A DNA stretch of 52,318 nt from a virus (lineage: Duplodnaviria; Caudoviricetes), in the IMG/VR virus record IMGVR_UViG_3300042434_000613, positions 1 to 52,318 of that record. One strand, given 5' to 3'. The notes under the pieces are model-generated. The model ran no database searches. It was not told where the DNA came from and saw only the letters and a program-made list of their open reading frames with translations. Every line of letters begins with the position of its first letter. Position 1 is the stretch's first letter. Positions 46,137 to 52,318 of the stretch are shown here, piece after piece. A program made the translations under genes and the position numbers.

Positions 46137-47662
46137 TGCATATTTGTGTAATAGGGGATGGTGCTGCTGGTCTCATGGCTGCAAACTTTTTTGCATCCAG
46201 AGACTATGTTAAAAAATTAACGCACATTGGCTCATCTAAAATACCTTCTATTGGTGTAGGTGAGTCAACCACTTTACTATTTGAAGAACTGCATCGAGCC
46301 TTTGATCCTGATTTTGATTCATTTATAAGAGAATCAGATGCCTGTGTTAAAACAGGTGTCATGTATTCTAATTGGAGTAAAAATGAGTTTTTACATTATT
46401 TTAAAGTTCCAAATACTTATGAGAGATTTGGTATAAGTTTTTTAGAATATTGTAATACATTGGGCAATAAAGATCCTGATATGTTTATTCATGATCTAAT
46501 TGCTCATAAATTATATCATGATGTAAAGCAAAATAGAATACCTACACGAAAGAAAAACTCCTTTTATGGTGCTGCGTGGCATTTTGACGCAGGCAAATAT
46601 ATTTCATATCTTAAAAAGATATTAAAGACTAGATGGAATAATGTCACAGTTTTAGATGATGTTGTAGTTGATTGTAAATTTAAAGATGATGGAGTAATTG
46701 ATTCAATTCTATTAGAATCAAATCATACTGTTGAAGCTGATTACTATATTATTGCCACTGGAAAATCAAAGAAAACTGCTGACATATTTAAAATAGAATA
46801 TGAAGATTTGAGTAATGTTCTTTTAACTGATAAGGCTTTGTTTTTTCCAAAACCTTACATTAATAAAAGAGAAGAAATGCATCCATATACCATTGCTAAA
46901 ACAATGAAAAATGGATGGAGATGGATCACTCCAACTTGGTCTAGAATTGGAACAGGATATGTGTTTAGTTCTAATCATATTACTGTAGAAGAGGTGATAG
47001 AAGAATTCCGAGAAGACATTGGCGATAATACTATTACACCAAATGTTGTTGATTTCCATCCAAAATATAGTAAAAGGTCATTTAATAAAAATTATGTGAC
47101 AATGGGAATGTGTAATGGTTTCTTAGAACCTTTGGATGCACCTGGATTGTCTATCTCATGTTCTTTATCAATCATTTTAGATACAATGTTTGATGGTGGT
47201 CGATACTATCATAGCATTGTCGATAAAACATATGATTACAATCTTGATAATTTGAATGATTTTGCACAACATTTCTACAAAGGATGGGCTGCATTTATCT
47301 TAACTCAATATAAAACTTGTTATAGATCTGATACACAATTTTGGATTGATCATAAAAATGTAAAGTTTGATTATCTTGAAGATGTATTAATTGATTTAAA
47401 CTCTGACATAAATTACAGTCGTGGAATTGTTCCTGCAATGGATCATTTTGATTGTAATGATAACATTAGTGATATGCTTGATGCATTTAAAATTAATTTA
47501 ATTACAATGCTTCAAAATACAATTGCATCAAAAGATGTGCAATGGCAAACAAAAACCACGGCAATGCCATATCAATACGACGATCCATGGTATAATAGTG
47601 TGGATCATTATGAGTTCTTGCAAAACATTCGTAATTTTAATGGAGATTTAACATGGCACTAG
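46136..47662 (+). CDS. Tryptophan halogenase-like flavoprotein (PrnA family)
   Basis: GDGAAG, IGVGEST, K in ACVKTG, WHFDA, GWRWITP (WxWxIP-like), G.GYVFS, FLEPLDAPG. Confidence 0.85.
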   Translation: MHICVIGDGAAGLMAANFFASRDYVKKLTHIGSSKIPSIGVGESTTLLFEELHRAFDPDFDSFIRESDACVKTGVMYSNWSKNEFLHYFKVPNTYERFGISFLEYCNTLGNKDPDMFIHDLIAHKLYHDVKQNRIPTRKKNSFYGAAWHFDAGKYISYLKKILKTRWNNVTVLDDVVVDCKFKDDGVIDSILLESNHTVEADYYIIATGKSKKTADIFKIEYEDLSNVLLTDKALFFPKPYINKREEMHPYTIAKTMKNGWRWITPTWSRIGTGYVFSSNHITVEEVIEEFREDIGDNTITPNVVDFHPKYSKRSFNKNYVTMGMCNGFLEPLDAPGLSISCSLSIILDTMFDGGRYYHSIVDKTYDYNLDNLNDFAQHFYKGWAAFILTQYKTCYRSDTQFWIDHKNVKFDYLEDVLIDLNSDINYSRGIVPAMDHFDCNDNISDMLDAFKINLITMLQNTIASKDVQWQTKTTAMPYQYDDPWYNSVDHYEFLQNIRNFNGDLTWH

Positions 47663-47880
47663 GCAAGCAAGTAGAAGAATCACTGAAAGAAGCAGAAGCT
47701 AATCTTAGAAATGCTCTGGCATTTGCAGCCAGAACCGAACGTCCTATGGTAGTATCTGTTATTGCAGACCTGATCACACGGATTGAGTCTGTCATGTCCA
47801 CTGACTCATTGTTAGACAAACTTGAGAATCGTAAGCCAGGTGACTCTGGTTTTATGGGTACATTCTTTGGAGACAAATGA
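47653..47880 (+). CDS. Conserved hypothetical protein
   Basis: MAL..QVEESL.EA..NLRNALAFAAR.ERP. Confidence 0.75.
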   Translation: MALGKQVEESLKEAEANLRNALAFAARTERPMVVSVIADLITRIESVMSTDSLLDKLENRKPGDSGFMGTFFGDK

Positions 47881-48326
47881 CTGAGGAACTTAAGAAAAAA
47901 TTATCGGAATGGTGGGATTCTGATGCTTTTAAAGAACTTCAGAAAGCAAATAAAGAAGCACAAGAACGTGCTGTAGGCAAATACTTTATGCTTTCTGAAG
48001 AAGAAAGAATTGAAATGGTAGAAGCAATCACTTACATTATGTGTAAGGCAGAACAAGAAGGATGTAGTCATCGTGGACTACAATCTGCACTTGGAATCTA
48101 TCCTGGTGGTTTTTGGGTACATTATCTGATGGATGTTCACAACGCACTGTGGACATATTATCATGATAAGAACCGAGAGAATGAACTGAATGATAATTTA
48201 GACTCATTAGACAACTTCTTGACAGATGAAACCTTAAAACAAAAAAAAGAATTGTTGACAGACCTAGATAGTAATGTAAAGTTAGGAAGTCCTAACACGG
48301 AGGTCAACAATGACTCTGAACAATGA
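47877..48326 (+). CDS. Hypothetical protein
   Basis: 149-aa ORF coupled by ATGA. Confidence 0.7.
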   Translation: MTEELKKKLSEWWDSDAFKELQKANKEAQERAVGKYFMLSEEERIEMVEAITYIMCKAEQEGCSHRGLQSALGIYPGGFWVHYLMDVHNALWTYYHDKNRENELNDNLDSLDNFLTDETLKQKKELLTDLDSNVKLGSPNTEVNNDSEQ

Positions 48327-48471
48327 AGAATGGAAAGAAATGGATGTGCTTAGACAAGCCATCAATGACTATCCTGCAGCAGTACACCCAGAAAAGATGG
48401 AAAGGTTTACTGAACTCTTTGTTCGTTCACTGGAAGGCAAATCCGATCTGCCTGTTGACAAGCTGGCATGA
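48310..48471 (+). CDS. Small hypothetical protein
   Basis: GGAGG SD; MTLNNEEWKEMDVLRQAINDYPAAVHPEKMERF... (53 aa). Confidence 0.72.
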   Translation: MTLNNEEWKEMDVLRQAINDYPAAVHPEKMERFTELFVRSLEGKSDLPVDKLA

Positions 48472-48483
48472 CCATGCTATGAT
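48455..48483 (+). promoter_or_regulatory. Sigma70 promoter
   Basis: TTGACA-N17-TATGAT. Confidence 0.78.
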
Positions 48484-48503
48484 CTCTTTGTTGCTTTTCA
48501 ACC

Positions 48504-48638
48504 ATGCATGATTCAACCCTAGACCTGTTCTGCGACCATGAGGCAGAACAATTTGCTATGATGATTGAGGCAGCTGCAGCCAAGGCTGAGGTTACCGTTG
48601 ATTACTACCTGGAGGAATTCTTTCTCGACAATGATTGA
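48504..48638 (+). CDS. Small acidic protein
   Basis: MHDSTLDLF...EVTVDYYLEEFF (44 aa). Confidence 0.68.
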   Translation: MHDSTLDLFCDHEAEQFAMMIEAAAAKAEVTVDYYLEEFFLDND

Positions 48639-48756
48639 CACTTACACGTTTACTGGTGACGCTACCACCTTTCTTGGTCTTATTGGTGTAGCATCTACTG
48701 GTATTATCATTATCACTGCTTTTCGTCGTTTCTTTAACTCCCCTTTGAACAAATGA
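48631..48756 (+). CDS. Small single-TM protein
   Basis: MIDTYTFTGDATTFLGLIGVASTGIIIITAFRRFFNSPLNK. Confidence 0.65.
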   Translation: MIDTYTFTGDATTFLGLIGVASTGIIIITAFRRFFNSPLNK

Positions 48757-48986
48757 AGTATCTGTACATCATTAATTACTGGGTTCCTTTCCCTGCTTCT
48801 GAATACGGTGGCGTAGTGTCTGTCATTGCTGAAAATGACAACGAATGCTATAACCTTATTGTGGATTGGGACGATGAATATTACGCTGAATATTATCCAC
48901 AAGCTATGGAGAATATTCAAAAGGCTCAAAAGTTTGCGCTCGCAAATGAAGAGGCAAGCCGTGTCGTTGATTCATTCACGACCTGA
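48753..48986 (+). CDS. Conserved hypothetical protein
   Basis: YWVPFPASEYGG motif. Confidence 0.72.
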   Translation: MKYLYIINYWVPFPASEYGGVVSVIAENDNECYNLIVDWDDEYYAEYYPQAMENIQKAQKFALANEEASRVVDSFTT

Positions 48987-48987
48987 T

Positions 48988-49194
48988 ATGGAGAATGACA
49001 ATCTAGTTGACATGACAGACTATGTAACCGAATGTCTTAAGTGGGCACAAGGTCGCATGGTAGATCTCATGACTGATGATCGTGCAGAGGATGCACTTGC
49101 ATTGGGTGCAGAGTTCCTTGCATGGGCAGATGAGAGTGAATCTAAGGTCTTTTGCTCTCCAGATTTTAGTGACTATTATGAAAATGAAACTTAA
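48988..49194 (+). CDS. Hypothetical protein
   Basis: Start moved to ATG 48988; DALAL..EF..W. Confidence 0.62.
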   Translation: MENDNLVDMTDYVTECLKWAQGRMVDLMTDDRAEDALALGAEFLAWADESESKVFCSPDFSDYYENET

Positions 49195-49348
49195 AAGTCT
49201 AATCGAACATCTGCAAATGTGTGATCCTGATGTTGATTTAATCATCAACATGTATCAGGATAATAATCAACTGATCATCGAGAACAACATTGATGGTCGT
49301 ATTAGCATCCCACTGAAGACGGTGGGGCAATGGCGAGCCAGTGATTGA
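49178..49348 (+). CDS. Hypothetical protein
   Basis: MKLKSLIEHLQMCDPDVD. Confidence 0.6.
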   Translation: MKMKLKSLIEHLQMCDPDVDLIINMYQDNNQLIIENNIDGRISIPLKTVGQWRASD

Positions 49349-49393
49349 ACTGGCACAAGGGGTGTTGCAGAGATCTGCTCCACCCCTTATATT
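49335..49393 (+). promoter_or_regulatory. Early promoter with upstream dyad and hairpin
   Basis: GCCAGT-N6-ACTGGC dyad, AAGGGGTG/CACCCCTT inverted repeat, TTGCAG-N17-TATATT. Confidence 0.7.
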
Positions 49394-49419
49394 ATGGAGG
49401 TCAAACACGGAGATCCCTC

Positions 49420-49884
49420 ATGGGTACTCGCTCTCGCATCGGCTACGAACTCTCTGATCACACCGTTGTTTCTGTCTACTGCCACTGGGATGGTTATGTT
49501 GAGAACAATGGTAAAATCCTTGTGGAGCACTATCAAGATCGTGATGCTGTCAAGGAACTGATTGACGGTGGTTCCATGTCTTCTCTTCGTACCACACATC
49601 TGTGGGAGACTACAGCTGTGCGTAACGATGATGGTAGCATCATTGAAGATGAGAATGGTCAGTGGAATTATTTCCCCACCCGTGATCCTCAGCCTCTTTA
49701 TCACACCGAACGTGGTGAAGAGTTGGATGTTGATCACACCAGCTTTGATGAGTTTGTTTCTGGTAAGCTTGGTGGTGAGGAGTATGCTTACCTGTATGAC
49801 CTGAATGGCAACTGGAAAGCCTACAAGATTGGTTGGCAAACTCCTGTTGAACAGGTTGACATCCCTGGCTATGTGACTGTATAA
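49420..49884 (+). CDS. Conserved early hypothetical protein
   Basis: MGTRSRIG...SVYCHWDGY...EEYAYLY; GGAG SD. Confidence 0.8.
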   Translation: MGTRSRIGYELSDHTVVSVYCHWDGYVENNGKILVEHYQDRDAVKELIDGGSMSSLRTTHLWETTAVRNDDGSIIEDENGQWNYFPTRDPQPLYHTERGEELDVDHTSFDEFVSGKLGGEEYAYLYDLNGNWKAYKIGWQTPVEQVDIPGYVTV

Positions 49885-49885
49885 T
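49856..49885 (+). promoter_or_regulatory. Sigma70 promoter
   Basis: TTGACA-N18-TATAAT. Confidence 0.72.
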
Positions 49886-49949
49886 ATCAATATGGGAACG
49901 GCAGCGCCCTAAAAGACTCCATTTCTCTGTTCATTTGTTGTTTTTTACT

Positions 49950-50183
49950 ATGCGTACCTTTACCTTTACTGGTTCTTCTGCTATCGTTGACAACGGTATC
50001 ACTGTGACCGACAACCGTGCTAACATTGTCTTCAAGGGCAATCGTGAGTATGTCTACGAAATCACCGATCCTGCATCTTTCATGATGCAACTGGAAGGTG
50101 AAATCGCTGATCAAAACGGTTCTGTGGGTCGTTTTGTGAACGCCGCTGTTAAGAACGAGCTGCTGAAGCCCGTCATCGTGTGA
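49950..50183 (+). CDS. KTSC-like small protein
   Basis: SSAI...IVFKG..EYVY...SVGRFVN. Confidence 0.6.
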   Translation: MRTFTFTGSSAIVDNGITVTDNRANIVFKGNREYVYEITDPASFMMQLEGEIADQNGSVGRFVNAAVKNELLKPVIV

Positions 50184-50189
50184 CTTGGT

Positions 50190-50209
50190 GGGGGGCTTTG
50201 CCCCCCTTT
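50190..50209 (+). terminator. GC hairpin / probable terminator
   Basis: GGGGGGC TTT GCCCCCC TTT right after the stop codon. Confidence 0.65.
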
Positions 50210-50230
50210 ACAACCTATCCCCGCATTCTT

Positions 50231-50371
50231 ATGAACGCAAAACAAATTAAAGCGGAAATGTCCCGCATTCAAACTCTCCTTAAGCACAATCTTTCCGCAC
50301 ATGAACGTGAAATGCTTGAGGAAGATTATGAAGATCTTCGTCAAGAACTGATTGAACTTACTTGTTATTGA
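50231..50371 (+). CDS. Small hypothetical protein
   Basis: MNAKQIKAEMSRIQ... Confidence 0.6.
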   Translation: MNAKQIKAEMSRIQTLLKHNLSAHEREMLEEDYEDLRQELIELTCY

Positions 50372-50372
50372 C

Positions 50373-50537
50373 ATGACACACTTCACTGACCGTCCTAACA
50401 TTGAAGAAATGCCTGAAATGATGTTCCGTGATGAAATTGAAGAACTCCTGCAATCTGACGATTCACAGTGGGATCTGAACATGGATGATGAATCAAATGA
50501 TTTTGAATCATATCTTGGGTCAACCTACGACTACTGA
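50373..50537 (+). CDS. Small highly acidic protein
   Basis: MTHFTDRPNIEEMPE...YLGSTYDY. Confidence 0.62.
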   Translation: MTHFTDRPNIEEMPEMMFRDEIEELLQSDDSQWDLNMDDESNDFESYLGSTYDY

Positions 50538-50538
50538 T

Positions 50539-50596
50539 GTGACACTTATATAACTGTCCACTGACCCCTAGGCAGCCTGTTTAGGGGTCTTATAGT
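50539..50596 (+). promoter_or_regulatory. Early promoter with upstream dyad and hairpin
   Basis: GACACT-N6-ACTGTC dyad, GACCCCTA/TAGGGGTC inverted repeat, TATAGT. Confidence 0.68.
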
Positions 50597-50621
50597 ATCT
50601 TCAGTTGATTCCCAACCAACC

Positions 50622-51029
50622 ATGCAAAACACCACCCTCACAGCTGAAAAGATCGCAGATTACGCTGTAATGCTGTGTGACGCACTGTACATGAACCTGA
50701 AAGATTATCAGATTCGTGCTCATAAGCGTTCAATTCAAAATGACATCAACATGGATTATCATCAACAAAAGATTGATGAAATCAAGAACAATGGTGTTGA
50801 TGTAGAGTATTATATTGTAACTGGTAAAAAGTATTTTAAGATTGTGATGCGTGATTCTGGCGGTCAAAAGTCGGCTCATGCTTTTGTGGACAAGACCACT
50901 GGAGAGGTCTACAAGCCCGCCAGCTGGCGAGCACCTGCCAAGCATGTACGCTACAACCTGCTCAACCAGAAGCAGCGTGAATGGCTGTATGAGAACGCTG
51001 ACTGGTCTGGAGGCTATCTTTACATGTAG
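50622..51029 (+). CDS. Conserved early hypothetical protein
   Basis: GKKYFKI...AHAFVDK.TGEVYKPASW.APAKHVRY...ADW.GGYLY. Confidence 0.8.
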   Translation: MQNTTLTAEKIADYAVMLCDALYMNLKDYQIRAHKRSIQNDINMDYHQQKIDEIKNNGVDVEYYIVTGKKYFKIVMRDSGGQKSAHAFVDKTTGEVYKPASWRAPAKHVRYNLLNQKQREWLYENADWSGGYLYM

Positions 51030-51031
51030 GC

Positions 51032-51061
51032 TTGACAGGGGGGCTTCCAGCCCCCTATAAT
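51032..51061 (+). promoter_or_regulatory. Sigma70 promoter with hairpin spacer
   Basis: TTGACA-N18-TATAAT; spacer contains GGGGGC TTCCA GCCCCC. Confidence 0.78.
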
Positions 51062-51086
51062 GACGTTGTTCACCACTGAACCAACC

Positions 51087-51308
51087 ATGGACACCTTTCA
51101 CTACGTCACCAACTGGAAAGAGGGTAAAGTCTGTCAAATGTGGATTCAACAGGTCACACCTGAGTATCAAGAGTGTGATCACAAATATGTCGCTGTTGCT
51201 TACAATCCTGAAAAGGAGACTAGCATGGTTATGTCTCACCCTCGTAGCCACTATGATACGCTACAATGGGTTCGTCGCTTTTGTGGTTCCTTCTCTCTGC
51301 TGTACTGA
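51087..51308 (+). CDS. Hypothetical protein
   Basis: MDTFHYVTNWKEGKV... Confidence 0.68.
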   Translation: MDTFHYVTNWKEGKVCQMWIQQVTPEYQECDHKYVAVAYNPEKETSMVMSHPRSHYDTLQWVRRFCGSFSLLY

Positions 51309-51394
51309 TGAACATTGTTGATCTGTCCATGCTTGCCACCTTTCTACTTTTGGTAGGTGGCATTGTATTCTTCTTCAAAGCAATTTACCGCTGA
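51308..51394 (+). CDS. Micro-membrane protein (28 aa)
   Basis: MNIVDLSMLATFLLLVGGIVFFFKAIYR; TGATG coupling. Confidence 0.55.
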   Translation: MNIVDLSMLATFLLLVGGIVFFFKAIYR

Positions 51395-51397
51395 ATC

Positions 51398-51574
51398 ATG
51401 AAACCCTACCCTCTTGGTTACGACAATCCTTATGTGATTCGTGGCATTGTAGGCACATCACGTTGGGGATTGTATGATCGGCAATCTTATCAAAAGATCG
51501 CTGAATTTCCTAATCAATTTCTTGCCTATGATGCTCGTCGTGCTATTTTGAAAACACAGGGTTACAACGCATGA
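51398..51574 (+). CDS. Small hypothetical protein
   Basis: MKPYPLGYDNPYVIRGIVGTSRWGLY... (58 aa). Confidence 0.62.
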   Translation: MKPYPLGYDNPYVIRGIVGTSRWGLYDRQSYQKIAEFPNQFLAYDARRAILKTQGYNA

Positions 51575-51720
51575 AAACTTACCACTGGTTCTTTCTTGTG
51601 ATTGCCATTCTTATGTGGAATGGCATATTGATCAAACGTGATCAAGAAATGTTCAAGGCATATGATAAAGTCTGTGCCGAACTTCATACATCTCATCCTG
51701 ATTGCCGTCACGCCAAATGA
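51571..51720 (+). CDS. Small membrane-anchored protein
   Basis: MKTYHWFFLVIAILMWNG..KRDQEMF...C...HPDC. Confidence 0.62.
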   Translation: MKTYHWFFLVIAILMWNGILIKRDQEMFKAYDKVCAELHTSHPDCRHAK

Positions 51721-51800
51721 CAATCTCTCCTGAAAAGCAAAAACAACTTGAAGAAATGGGCATCCGCCCTGATGGTTGGAAACTCTACCCTGAGGACTGA
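51717..51800 (+). CDS. 27-aa ORF sharing its N-terminus with the gene at 51969
   Basis: MTISPEKQKQLEEMGIRPDGWKLYPED. Confidence 0.45.
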   Translation: MTISPEKQKQLEEMGIRPDGWKLYPED

Positions 51801-51804
51801 AACA

Positions 51805-51972
51805 ATGAATTACATCAGCAAAGAACATTGGGATTCTCTTTATACCAAACTGTATGATGCTTATGAAGAATGTAGCAAGAATTATGATGAAACATACAGA
51901 CAAAAAATTGGCATGATTCTTGACCACATGATCTACAATCAACCTTATCTTGCCATTCAGGAAAACAAATGA
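51805..51972 (+). CDS. Small hypothetical protein
   Basis: GAGG SD; MNYISKEHWDSLY... Confidence 0.65.
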   Translation: MNYISKEHWDSLYTKLYDAYEECSKNYDETYRQKIGMILDHMIYNQPYLAIQENK

Positions 51973-52187
51973 CAATTTCTCCTGAAAAACAAAAACAACT
52001 TGAAGAAACCGCAGTAATGATCGGTCAGATTTTGGGTAAGTTGATCGGCGGCATTGTTGCAAATGCGATCATTGCTGGTATCATCTATGCAATTCTTGCA
52101 CTGATGATCGGTCTTTCTGTCACCTATCTGCAAGTGTTTGGTGCAATTCTTCTTCTTGACTTTATCAAAGCATTTATTAAAAAATGA
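51969..52187 (+). CDS. Membrane protein
   Basis: Two hydrophobic segments. Confidence 0.68.
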   Translation: MTISPEKQKQLEETAVMIGQILGKLIGGIVANAIIAGIIYAILALMIGLSVTYLQVFGAILLLDFIKAFIKK

Positions 52188-52318
52188 AAAAGTTTCTGAT
52201 TCTTGCATCTCTTCTGCTAACCACACCTGCATTTGCAACACCAGAAAAACAAAAAGATTATCGTCCGTTTCGATATGAAACCCCATGTATGTTGGAACAA
52301 GGTCTAGCAACTTATCCC
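52184..52318 (+). CDS. Secreted protein, truncated by window end
   Basis: MKKFLILASLLLTTPAFA signal peptide. Confidence 0.65.
   Translation, partial: MKKFLILASLLLTTPAFATPEKQKDYRPFRYETPCMLEQGLATYP

Larger units (their letters stand above)
51714..52008 (+). repeat. 43-bp direct repeat (51714-51756 and 51966-52008)
   Basis: CAAATGACAAT(C/T)TCTCCTGAAAA(G/A)CAAAAACAACTTGAAGAAA, 2 mismatches. Confidence 0.9.

Noticed and set aside
48323-48511. Track ORF MKNGKKW...
   Set aside because: The alternative frame 48310-48471 has a GGAGG SD and more protein-like sequence.
49387-52310. Long minus-strand ORFs in the early region (49387-49890, 50730-51251, 51562-52062)
   Set aside because: They lie opposite well-supported plus-strand genes with promoters and SDs.
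1-52318. Avoidance of GGNCC as a clue to the nuclease target
   Set aside because: GGTCC and GGGCC both occur repeatedly; no depletion can be supported without counting.

Overview
A 52 kb fragment of a T4-like cyanomyovirus genome, probably infecting Synechococcus/Cyanobium (T4 core virion genes plus cp12, an NblA-like gene and several 2OG-Fe(II) oxygenases). Bases 1-12.4 kb are a late baseplate/tail module: gp48, gp2, gp4, tail-tube family, gp26/gp51, two cell-wall hydrolase-bearing proteins, a hub, CP12 and a split gp5. Bases 12.4-13.9 kb hold sigma70-driven small genes and three tRNAs. Bases 13.9-40.4 kb encode three giant fibre proteins and two tip-adhesin candidates (polyglycine gp38-like; Ig + SUEL lectin), each followed by convergent oxygenase-type genes. 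Bases 40.4-52.3 kb are an accessory/early region of small ORFs with a restriction-endonuclease-like gene overlapping a Mom-like gene, oxygenases and a tryptophan-halogenase-like gene. Top observations: (1) a well-formed -1 frameshift signal (GGAGG-N10-T TTT TTC) fusing gp26 to the start-less gp51 frame; (2) an REase-like + Mom-like pair that could be a methyltransferase-free restriction-modification system; (3) a SUEL-lectin adhesin and a repeated fibre-adhesin-inverted-oxygenase architecture; (4) a structured, CCA-ending 123-nt spacer between two tRNAs. All family assignments are by motif recognition; no searches were run.
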